Assembly: GCA_016930515.1 (NCBI GenBank)
Contig: JAFGGO010000040.1
Location: forward strand, 1-35,927
DNA length: 35,927 nt
Direction: 5' to 3'
Source of the DNA: Promethearchaeota archaeon
GTDB lineage: Archaea > Asgardarchaeota > Lokiarchaeia > Sigyniarchaeales > SOKP01
A model generated the notes under the pieces. That model saw nothing but the letters and a program-made list of their open reading frames with translations, searched no databases and was not told the origin of the DNA. This document shows positions 27,385 through 35,927 of the stretch, piece by piece. Positions within the stretch are counted from its first letter, which is position 1; every line of letters begins with the position of its first letter. Made by a program: the position numbers and the translations under genes.

Positions 27385-29811
27385 ATTCAACATTTAATCA
27401 AAACAGAAGAAGCTAAAAAAGCAGATATAGTCGAAATTTTCGACATGCTCGGAACTAACGATAAAGGACTTACCTCCACGGAAGCTGGAAAGCGACTTGA
27501 AATCTACGGTCCGAACGAGATAATTGAGGTAAAGAAAAGTGCACTCAAGCGATTCTTGGAGAACTTCTGGGGGCCTATTCCTTGGATGATCGAGATTGCC
27601 GCCGTGTTGTCAATTCTCATAGAGCATTGGGACGATTTTATTATAATCATCGCAATGTTATTAGTAAATGCCGTAGTAAGATTCTGGGAAGAAAATAAAG
27701 CAGATAACGCAGTTGAACTCTTAAAAGAAAAATTAGCTTTAAAAGCCCGAACAATGCGAGACAATAAATGGATTGAATTGCCCGCAAGAGAGCTCGTTCC
27801 AGGTGACTTAATTCGAGTTCGATTGGGAGATATAATACCCGCAGATATCAAGCTTTTCGAAGGTGATTTCCTCACTTTAGACGAATCCGTACTCACGGGA
27901 GAATCTCTCCCAGTAGATAAGAAATCATCTGACATTGCTTTCGAGGGTGCAATAGTGAGAAAAGGTGAAATGAATGGAATCGTTGTTGGCACGGGTTTGA
28001 ATACTTTTTTTGGAAAAACTACCTCACTAGTGTCTGGAGCGAAAAAAAGAAGTCATTTTCAAATGGCAGTTGTTAAAATAGGTAATTATTTAATTATATT
28101 AGCAGTTGCATTAGTTACTATTGTTTTCGTTGTCGAGTTGGTAAGACTAGAAAATTTTTTCGAAATACTACAGTTCGCACTCGTTTTAATAATTGCGGCA
28201 ATACCAGTTGCACTCCCGGCTGTTTTAATGGTTTCGATGGCGGTCGGTGCGGCAGACCTTGCGAAGAAAAAGGCTATTGCAAAAAGATTATTAGCTATTG
28301 AAGAATTAGCTGGAATGGATGTGCTGTGTTCAGATAAAACAGGTACCATAACTAAAAACGAAATTTCTATCGGTGAAATTGTTCCTTTCGACACCTTTAC
28401 TGCAGAGGACGTTATTTTATACGGTGTTTTATCTTCAAGGGAGGAAGACAAGGATCCAATCGATGATTCATTTTTTACCAAGCTCAAAGAAATGAACAGA
28501 GACTCAAGTAATTATGTAGTTAAAAAATTTAATCCCTTTGATCCCGTCGTGAAAAGAACTGAAGCGATTTTAGAGGAAAATGGTAAAACAATAAAAGTCT
28601 CCAAAGGTGCCGTCCAAGTAATATTAAACTTGATTTCTAACAAGTCGAACGATTTAGAATCCCAAGTGAAGAAGCAAAGTGAAACATTTGCTTCACAAGG
28701 ATACCGCGCTTTAGGGATTGCAAGAACGGATCAAGACGGGGTTTGGCAATATGTTGGGCTTGTGGCTCTTTTCGATCCTCCTCGTGAAGACTCAGCAGAA
28801 ACCATTAAAAACGCAGTTTCGATGGGTATAGATGTAAAAATGGTCACTGGAGATCATGTCGCAATTGCGAGACAAATTTCATCTGAATTGGGAATGGGAG
28901 ATAATTTCGTGTCTGCATCGCAACTCATGGAAAAAAACGAAGCTACGGAAAAATTAGCGGAGGGAGCAAATGGATTCGCAGAAGTATATCCTGAGCATAA
29001 ATATAACATTGTTGAGTATCTCCAGGATAGAGGCCACATTGTAGGAATGACCGGAGATGGTGTTAACGACGCTCCCGCTTTAAAGATTGCTGATGTAGGT
29101 ATTGCTGTTTCGAACGCAACAGACGCAGCAAAATCGGCTGCTGACATTGTTTTAACTGATCCAGGGCTCTCGGTGATCATTGGAGCAACCATTGAAAGCC
29201 GTATTATATTTGAACGCATGAAAAGCTACGCTACATATCGTATTGCGGAAACCGTGAGAGTTCTCATATTTTTGGTAATGGCCATTCTTATATTCAATTT
29301 TTATCCAATTACGGCCATAATGATCGTGTTGCTCGCTCTTTTAAACGATCTCCCAATAATGACTATTGCTTTTGATAATGCCAGGCCTTCAGATGTTCCC
29401 GTTCGCTGGAAAATGCAACGAGTGTTAATCGTCGCTTCAACATTGGGGATAATAGGAGTTTTTTTTAGTTTCATGTTATTCTTAATCGGTAAGGATGTTT
29501 TCAACTTAAGCCTACCAACGCTCCAAACATTCATTTTCTTAAAGCTCGCAGTAGGGGGACACATGACTATATATTTGACGAGGTCAGAGGATCATCATTT
29601 CTGGAAGAAACCTTATCCGGCAAAAATACTCTTTATTGCCTGCGAATCGACACAAGTGGTTGCTACTATATTTGCTGCTTTAGGAGTTCTCATGACTCCT
29701 ATCGGGTGGGCTTTGGCAGGATTCGTCTGGTTATACGCTTTTGGGGCGTTTGCTGTCGCAAATTTCATAAAAGTCGCTTTAGTGAGATATTTAAGAAGAA
29801 ATAAAAATTAA
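27385..29811 (+). CDS. P-type IIIA plasma-membrane H+-efflux ATPase (Pma1-like); probable ATT start at 27385, first ATG at 27445
   Basis: FWGPIPWMIE, LTGES, IPVALP, CSDKTGT, PFDPV.KRT, KGA, MVTGD, TGDGVNDAPALK, LLNDLP. Confidence 0.94.
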   Translation: MQHLIKTEEAKKADIVEIFDMLGTNDKGLTSTEAGKRLEIYGPNEIIEVKKSALKRFLENFWGPIPWMIEIAAVLSILIEHWDDFIIIIAMLLVNAVVRFWEENKADNAVELLKEKLALKARTMRDNKWIELPARELVPGDLIRVRLGDIIPADIKLFEGDFLTLDESVLTGESLPVDKKSSDIAFEGAIVRKGEMNGIVVGTGLNTFFGKTTSLVSGAKKRSHFQMAVVKIGNYLIILAVALVTIVFVVELVRLENFFEILQFALVLIIAAIPVALPAVLMVSMAVGAADLAKKKAIAKRLLAIEELAGMDVLCSDKTGTITKNEISIGEIVPFDTFTAEDVILYGVLSSREEDKDPIDDSFFTKLKEMNRDSSNYVVKKFNPFDPVVKRTEAILEENGKTIKVSKGAVQVILNLISNKSNDLESQVKKQSETFASQGYRALGIARTDQDGVWQYVGLVALFDPPREDSAETIKNAVSMGIDVKMVTGDHVAIARQISSELGMGDNFVSASQLMEKNEATEKLAEGANGFAEVYPEHKYNIVEYLQDRGHIVGMTGDGVNDAPALKIADVGIAVSNATDAAKSAADIVLTDPGLSVIIGATIESRIIFERMKSYATYRIAETVRVLIFLVMAILIFNFYPITAIMIVLLALLNDLPIMTIAFDNARPSDVPVRWKMQRVLIVASTLGIIGVFFSFMLFLIGKDVFNLSLPTLQTFIFLKLAVGGHMTIYLTRSEDHHFWKKPYPAKILFIACESTQVVATIFAALGVLMTPIGWALAGFVWLYAFGAFAVANFIKVALVRYLRRNKN

Positions 29812-29813
29812 CC

Positions 29814-29837
29814 TTTTTTTTTGTTCTCTTTTTTTTT
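29814..29837 (+). terminator. Oligo-T archaeal terminator candidate
   Basis: T9-GTTCTC-T9 tract immediately after the ATPase stop codon. Confidence 0.55.
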
Positions 29838-30022
29838 GAAAAATCTAGTATTAATTTCCTTTCTTGATTTATTTTCATTCATACTAACTAAAAGAAAAAC
29901 CCTTTATCCTTTAATGTTAATTAATTCCGAATATAATTTTTCTGCTATTAAATAAAATAGTACCAACTAATTTCTAATTTTGATTAATTATTAAGTATTA
30001 AATATAAAAAAAAGGTAAAGAT

Positions 30023-31384
30023 TTATCGTGACCAGACTTCCTTAAAAACTCCTTTTGGATATTTACACACGGGGCACTCTTCAGGTGGCTCATCACCGTA
30101 GTGAATGTGTCCACAGATGCGACATCTCCAAGCCTTTTTGGCCCCTTTTGATTCTTCAATATCGTCAAGGTACTCTGTTTTCTCCTTCCAATCCTCGTCA
30201 ATCGGTGCGTATGGGACATCTTCTATTGGCGGCATGACTGGTTCATACTCCCCGAGTGCATAACGAGATACGATTAATTGTTGGATTTGAGTCGTACCCT
30301 CGTAGATTTGATACAATTTAGCGTCCCGAAATAACTTTTCAATGGGCATCATTTTAGTGTATCCGTAGCCTCCGTAACATTGAAGGGCGTCGCTTGCGAC
30401 TTCGAGAGCGATTTCCGTTGCGTAAAACTTGGTCATTGAAGCCCATAGGAGCGGGTCCCTGCCGTTGTCGGCGTCCCAAGAAGCCCTCCACGTCATTAAG
30501 CGAGCAGTCTCGACCTTTTGGAACATCTCTGCAATTTTAAACTGGAGTGCCTGAAATTCGGCGAGTGCCTTACCGAAGGCCTTGCGTTTCTTCACGTAAT
30601 GAATTGCCCATTCCATTGCGGACCTCGCCAAACCCGTGGCCATGGCACCTATGATCGGGCGAGTGCGAGCAAATGTCTTCATTGCAAGCGGAAATCCCTC
30701 TCCTGGCTCTGCAAGCACGTCTCCTGCGGGCACCCTGTAATCCTTCAGGTTGACGACGGTGGTGTTTGAACACCTGTGTCCCATTTTTTCGATGTGCCTT
30801 CCTGTTTCCACGCCTTCTCGATCCATGCGCACCAAAAATCCGCAGATACCTTTGTGTCTCGATTTTGGGTCTGCGTTTGCGAACAGAGATATGTACTTTG
30901 CGAGTCCAGCGTTTGTTATCCAATACTTCTTTCCGTTCAATATCCACTCGTCTCCGTCCTTTTCGGCCTTGCATATCATGCCCGCCACATCCGAGCCCAT
31001 TATGGGTTCCGAAGTGGCAAACGAGATCAAGCCGAATTGTGCTAGCAAGTCCTTGCATATTTCTTCTTTCAAAGATTCGTTATTGGACATGAGTAAGGGT
31101 TCCTCTCCCAATCCATTGGCAAATATGCTGGTTGCCATGCCTGGACCCGCTGCTGCAAATTCCTCTACCACGAGAGTCGATTCTAAGAGCCCTAACCCTT
31201 CTCCCCCATATTTTTTCGGTATATCCAGGTTCATGAGACCTGCCTTCCACGCTTCTTCTATCACGTGAATGGGTGTTAATCCGATGTCGTCGTACTTATG
31301 AACTACTGGAAGAATGTGCTCCAGCGAGAATTTTCTGGCTTTATCGCGAAGAGCTACCTGTTTATTTGAAAGTGAAAAATCCAT
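30023..31384 (-). CDS. Acyl-CoA dehydrogenase fused to a C-terminal rubredoxin-like domain
   Basis: FATSEPIMGSD, LNGKKYWITNA, KMG, R.AFGK.LAEFQ, YGGYGY, QIYEGTTQIQ; C-terminal WRCRICG...ECPVC. Confidence 0.93.
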   Translation of the reverse strand: MDFSLSNKQVALRDKARKFSLEHILPVVHKYDDIGLTPIHVIEEAWKAGLMNLDIPKKYGGEGLGLLESTLVVEEFAAAGPGMATSIFANGLGEEPLLMSNNESLKEEICKDLLAQFGLISFATSEPIMGSDVAGMICKAEKDGDEWILNGKKYWITNAGLAKYISLFANADPKSRHKGICGFLVRMDREGVETGRHIEKMGHRCSNTTVVNLKDYRVPAGDVLAEPGEGFPLAMKTFARTRPIIGAMATGLARSAMEWAIHYVKKRKAFGKALAEFQALQFKIAEMFQKVETARLMTWRASWDADNGRDPLLWASMTKFYATEIALEVASDALQCYGGYGYTKMMPIEKLFRDAKLYQIYEGTTQIQQLIVSRYALGEYEPVMPPIEDVPYAPIDEDWKEKTEYLDDIEESKGAKKAWRCRICGHIHYGDEPPEECPVCKYPKGVFKEVWSR

Positions 31385-31398
31385 TTGGAAACCTCTCC

Positions 31399-32607
31399 TT
31401 AGCCCATTTTCTCAACCAGCTTGTCAACGATACTCTTAAAATCGAGGTCTTCTTCTCGCGGCACGAACTTGATCTCGATCGACTCGTCCAGGACATCAAT
31501 CTTGGTTGCTTTTAATTCTTCGATTATTGCCTTGATCGCCCCCTTGCTCCACCCGTACGACCCAAACGCCAGTCCTACCTTGTCCATTGGCTTTAAACCC
31601 TTTTGATAGCACAAATATTCAGCCACGGTTGGATATAAGCCCATATTTAATGTTGGACTCCCAACCAAGATGACCTTTGCCTTCATGGCTTCTGTTATGA
31701 CATCGCTATAATCCGATTGGGTGAGCCTGAAACGTTTTACTGGAATCCCTCGTTTAAATATTTCTTGATACAAGGCCTTTGCAATCTTTTCCGTGCTCTC
31801 CCACATGGTGTCATACACGATTATCGCACTTTTTTCGTCCATGGTCCCGCTCGACCATTTAGTGTACGCATCAAGTATCTTGGGAATGTTCGACCTCCAA
31901 CCAACACCATGCGACGGGCATATAATATCGATGGGAAGAGAACCAACTACCGGAAGCGTTTTCGCAATCAGCTTGGATAAGTGAAGCAAAATGTTTGCGT
32001 AATACTTCTCCGCTTCCCACATGATTTCTGAAAGATTGTTCTCGTCGTCCCAATATTTTGAGGTTGCAAAATGCTGTCCAAAAGCGTCGTTTGAAAAAAG
32101 CACATTTTTACCGTTTTCGTCCTTCATGAACGAGACCATCGAGTCTGGCCAATGAATCATGGGAATGGGAACGAACGCAAACGATTTTCCGCATCCCACA
32201 TCTAATGTGTCTCCTTCGCCAACGGCACGGATTTTTTTGAATACTTCTTCCCTTACTTCCTCGTGGTAATGCTGTTCCAAGATTTCCACGCCCTTGGTGG
32301 ACGCAATAATCTCGGCGTTCGGAAGATAAGGGAGTATCAATGGAAAGGAACCAGAATGGTCGGGCTCGATGTGATTTACTATAAAGTAATCAATGTTCTT
32401 TGGGTCACAGACCGTTTTGATATTCTTCAAAAAATATTTGAAATAGGGTCGTTTTACAGTATCAATCAAGATCGATTTATCCCCGCTTTTGACGATGTAA
32501 GCGTTATAGGACGATCCCTTGTGGGTGGAATACCCATGGAAGTTTCTCACTTCCCAATCCACATATCCTACTTGGAATACATCTTTTAATATTTCTAAAT
32601 CCTTCAT
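31399..32607 (-). CDS. fprA: Flavodiiron protein (FprA, class A O2/NO reductase)
   Basis: NHIEPDHSG, HWPD, SNDAFG, PSHG; flavodoxin domain YDTMWESTE, GSPT, FGSYGW. Confidence 0.95.
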   Translation of the reverse strand: MKDLEILKDVFQVGYVDWEVRNFHGYSTHKGSSYNAYIVKSGDKSILIDTVKRPYFKYFLKNIKTVCDPKNIDYFIVNHIEPDHSGSFPLILPYLPNAEIIASTKGVEILEQHYHEEVREEVFKKIRAVGEGDTLDVGCGKSFAFVPIPMIHWPDSMVSFMKDENGKNVLFSNDAFGQHFATSKYWDDENNLSEIMWEAEKYYANILLHLSKLIAKTLPVVGSLPIDIICPSHGVGWRSNIPKILDAYTKWSSGTMDEKSAIIVYDTMWESTEKIAKALYQEIFKRGIPVKRFRLTQSDYSDVITEAMKAKVILVGSPTLNMGLYPTVAEYLCYQKGLKPMDKVGLAFGSYGWSKGAIKAIIEELKATKIDVLDESIEIKFVPREEDLDFKSIVDKLVEKMG

Positions 32608-32845
32608 TTTTTCCTTCTGCTCTATTAATTGATTTATATTTTGATCTATAGGATCTATAGAGTAATATTAAGTTTATCTCATTTAAATTATAAAGGATTG
32701 CAAAAATTCAGAATAAACCCTGGAGTTCAAGCTTTTAATTTTAACTATTTTAACTATCCTAATACTCTTGTTTATAAAATAAAAACTACAATTATTAATA
32801 CAAAAAGATCCTTGATGTTTATGGGAAGTTAGGATAAAAAATGAG

Positions 32846-35839
32846 GTGTTTCCCTTGAGCAATTCGAAAGAACTGAGCATTCTTAACGGCTTTTTAGGAA
32901 CTTGTTTTGATTTAATACATGATATAGTGATAATTTTTGATTCGAAAGGAAGAATAATAAAAATAAATGAAGCGTGTTCCAATTTACTTGGATATTTCAT
33001 AGATGATCTCTATGGGAAACCTCTGGGTGTAATCTATCCCCAACAATCAGAGTACAGCACTATCGAAACAATAGAATCGATATTGAAAGGTAATATAACA
33101 ACGACTCAATTGCCATTTTTAGCCAAAAACGGTCGATTGATAAATGTCAGCACGAGAATTGCACAAAAATTTATTGACAATCAGTTTTTATTTTTCGCAA
33201 CTTCCATCGAATTAACGAATAATCAAATCTTCAAAGACGCCTTGGTTTCGGAGAGACAATTTAGTGAGGTGGCATTAAATGCTCAGAGGGATACTTTTTT
33301 TGTATTCAATCCCAAAACGGGAAAAGCTGTTAGGTGGAATAAAGCTTTTCGCGAAATCAGCGGTTATGACGACGAAGAGATTGCCCGACTTCCGGCGCCA
33401 CAATCGTATTATAATCAATCGGAGCTAACCAAGCTTGAAAGTAAGACAATGCTTGTTGAAAAAGGTGAGTTTATTTTAGTAGAAGCGGATCTCGTAACGA
33501 AAGATGGATCGCAAATTCCGTTTGAATATGCGGCTTCAGGAATTTTTAAGGATAACGGAGAATTAGAATATGTCGTTTCAATTGGTCGTAACATACGAGA
33601 TCGAATCGAAACGCAGCAAAAATTGAAGGAATCCGAAACTAAATATCGGAACTTATTTGAAACCTCTCCAAACGCTATTATTCTCATGGACATCACGGGA
33701 AAAATAGTTGAGGCTAACTCTTCTGTTAAAAAATATTATGGATATTCGAGAGAAGATATTGTTGGAAAACAAGGCATAGATGTTTATAATGTCCCTGAAA
33801 AGTTTCACCACGCTCTCCGCGAAGATTTCAAGCAGCTTCTCAAAGAAAGAACAACCATTTCACGGGAAATTCAGATCTACACCAAGGATCAAACTCTGAC
33901 ATGGATCCTCTATCGAAGTTCCTTAGTAGAATTGGAAAATACTTTATTAATTCAAGTTATAGCTCAATACATTCAAGACATTAAAGAGGCTGAACAAAAA
34001 TTAAAAGAGTCTGAAAAAAAACTTCTATCAATTTTCGAAGCAATTCCAGATATTTTTTTCCTTTTATCCAATGATTCAACCGTATTGGAATATAAAGGTC
34101 GATTAGACGAGTTATATATATCTCCTGAACAATTTTTAGGGAAAAAACTAGTGGATATATTACCAGAAGACATATCTTCTCAAATACTTCCGTTAATAAG
34201 AAAAGTGTTAAAAACAAAGGAGCCTCAGCTCATGGAATATTCTCTCGAAATGCCTAACGGTGGGTTATATTACGAAGCTAGGCTTCTTTATTTATCGAAA
34301 AAAAAGATTTCCGTGTTTATTCGAGACATTACGGAAAGAAGAATTAACGAAAAAATTATAAAGGAATCCGAAGAAAAATATCGTACTATTATAGAACGAA
34401 ATTACGACGGCTATTTCGAAGTAGACCTTAGAGGCAACTACACGCACGTAAATCAGAGAATATCCGATTTTATAGGGCTTCCACGACATGAGATAATTGG
34501 TAACAATTTCAGGAATTTTATTAACAAAGAAGACATACCAAGAGTCTATAATATCTACCATAAATTATACGAAAAAAAGCTACCACAAATCCTCTTGACA
34601 TACAAGCTCATGAATAAAGATGGCACGGAACATCATGTGGAAACGGCAGCATATTTAAAAAAAGATTCGAATAATAATATCACGGGCTTTTATGGAATAT
34701 CTCGAGATGTGGATCTTAAAACACAATTAGAAGAATCGGAAAAGAAATACAAGGATTTATATGAAGCAGCTCCGAATGCGTATTTTTCAATTGATGCGAG
34801 GGGATCTATCTTAAATTGTAATCAAACAGCCGTAGAACTATTTGGATACAAAAAACAAGAGTTATTAGACATGAACATTTCCGATTTACATTCTCAGAGC
34901 GAAGACAGCCATGAAAAGATAAGCACGATATTTAATAGATTTTTAAAAGGAGGAGAAATGCGAGATCTCGAGCTTAAGATGAATAAAAAAAATGGAGAAC
35001 TAGTCTGGATAAGCATGTCCCTAAAACCCATTTTCGATGATCATGGAAAAGTTATCGAATTGAGGACGATGATGCTTAACATCGACAAGAGAAAAAAAGC
35101 CCAGCTATTACTCGAGGAATCGGAAAAAAAATATAGGGAAGCTTTCGATCAAATCAATTTTTATAAGAATTTATTTGCTCACGACATGAACAATATCCTC
35201 CATGGCGTCCTCTCTGCCACAGAACTTAGCGAATTCTACTTAAACGAATACGATGACAGGCAGAGACTGGTTGAATTATTAGGAATTATAAAAGATTGCG
35301 GGTATAGGGGTTCTAATTTGATTTCCAATGTCCAAAAACTCTCGAAACTAGATAATACCGATCTCTCTCTCGTTGAAACAAACCTATATGATGTGCTTAA
35401 AGACGCAATGAAGTTCATTCAACCTAAAACGCAAGATAAAGAAATTTCGATGTATATCAATCCTTTTTCTAAAGAAATAAATGTTTGGGCAAACGAACTT
35501 CTCCTTGATGTATTTGAAAACATTTTTTCAAACGCAATCTCTTACAACAACAAGGATAAAATCGAATTAGAGGTTAAAATCACTGAGATCGAGAGAAATA
35601 GCAACCCATTCGTTAAGATCGAATTTATAGATAATGGAATGGGCATTCAAGACGCTCGCAAGCAAAAGATCTTTGAAATGGGAAACAAGGATTCTAAAGG
35701 CGGTAAAGGCATGGGCATAGGGCTTTCTTTGGTAAAGAAAATCGTGGAGAGTTATAGTGGTACAATACGCGTGCAAAATCGAGTTAAAGGGGATTATTCT
35801 ATGGGATGCAATTTTGTCGTGAATATACCCCGAGTTTAA
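32846..35839 (+). CDS. Cytoplasmic multi-PAS sensor histidine kinase
   Basis: About six PAS repeats linked by ESE.KY coiled coils; H-box FAHDMNN; N-box ENIFSNA; DNGMGI and GMGIGL; start may be TTG at 32855. Confidence 0.93.
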   Translation: MFPLSNSKELSILNGFLGTCFDLIHDIVIIFDSKGRIIKINEACSNLLGYFIDDLYGKPLGVIYPQQSEYSTIETIESILKGNITTTQLPFLAKNGRLINVSTRIAQKFIDNQFLFFATSIELTNNQIFKDALVSERQFSEVALNAQRDTFFVFNPKTGKAVRWNKAFREISGYDDEEIARLPAPQSYYNQSELTKLESKTMLVEKGEFILVEADLVTKDGSQIPFEYAASGIFKDNGELEYVVSIGRNIRDRIETQQKLKESETKYRNLFETSPNAIILMDITGKIVEANSSVKKYYGYSREDIVGKQGIDVYNVPEKFHHALREDFKQLLKERTTISREIQIYTKDQTLTWILYRSSLVELENTLLIQVIAQYIQDIKEAEQKLKESEKKLLSIFEAIPDIFFLLSNDSTVLEYKGRLDELYISPEQFLGKKLVDILPEDISSQILPLIRKVLKTKEPQLMEYSLEMPNGGLYYEARLLYLSKKKISVFIRDITERRINEKIIKESEEKYRTIIERNYDGYFEVDLRGNYTHVNQRISDFIGLPRHEIIGNNFRNFINKEDIPRVYNIYHKLYEKKLPQILLTYKLMNKDGTEHHVETAAYLKKDSNNNITGFYGISRDVDLKTQLEESEKKYKDLYEAAPNAYFSIDARGSILNCNQTAVELFGYKKQELLDMNISDLHSQSEDSHEKISTIFNRFLKGGEMRDLELKMNKKNGELVWISMSLKPIFDDHGKVIELRTMMLNIDKRKKAQLLLEESEKKYREAFDQINFYKNLFAHDMNNILHGVLSATELSEFYLNEYDDRQRLVELLGIIKDCGYRGSNLISNVQKLSKLDNTDLSLVETNLYDVLKDAMKFIQPKTQDKEISMYINPFSKEINVWANELLLDVFENIFSNAISYNNKDKIELEVKITEIERNSNPFVKIEFIDNGMGIQDARKQKIFEMGNKDSKGGKGMGIGLSLVKKIVESYSGTIRVQNRVKGDYSMGCNFVVNIPRV

Positions 35840-35927
35840 TTCATTATATTATATATTTTTTTAAAAAATGCAAGTTATATATATATATCTTAAATTATAA
35901 TATATTTGGTTTATCACTCAAAATTCC

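Noticed and set aside
27504-35776. Numerous antisense and overlapping short ORFs in the track (e.g. 27504..27992, 30750..31268, 32683..33000)
   Set aside because: Shadows of well-supported genes on the opposite strand or in another frame
1-35927. tRNA, rRNA, transposase, integrase, reverse transcriptase or cas1/cas2 genes
   Set aside because: No supporting motifs seen by eye in this window

Overview
AT-rich archaeal chromosome segment, most likely from an Asgard archaeon (Lokiarchaeia/Promethearchaeia). This is inferred from a TFB paralog, an Arf/Rag-like small GTPase, a Loki-type LRR-associated N-terminal domain and TATA-type promoters. Bases 1-12955 form a CRISPR island. In order it holds: the tail of a 31-bp-repeat array; a CARF effector with a putative RelE-like C-terminus; a complete type III-B operon (cmr1-cas10/cmr2-cmr3-cmr4-cmr5-cmr6-cas6, Cas10 without HD domain but with GGDD); a second 30-bp-repeat array; an orphan or truncated ORF; a second atypical CARF protein; and a degenerate one-spacer mini-array preceded by a structured leader. 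No cas1/cas2 is in the window. The rest holds hypothetical proteins, a MYG1 hydrolase, two rubrerythrins, an ICMT-like methyltransferase, a divergent lrp-tfb / arsR-GTPase cluster, an M28 peptidase, H+-PPase, glucan phosphorylase, a P3A H+-ATPase, a flavodiiron + acyl-CoA dehydrogenase-rubredoxin operon and a multi-PAS histidine kinase. The most notable observations are: a block of hairpin-forming spacers, two of which encode near-identical peptides via synonymous codons; the CreTA/crlRNA-like mini-array; a candidate structured RNA at about 14.36-14.50 kb; and a putative acyl-CoA-driven O2/NO reduction module. All family calls come from motif recognition by eye; no searches were run.
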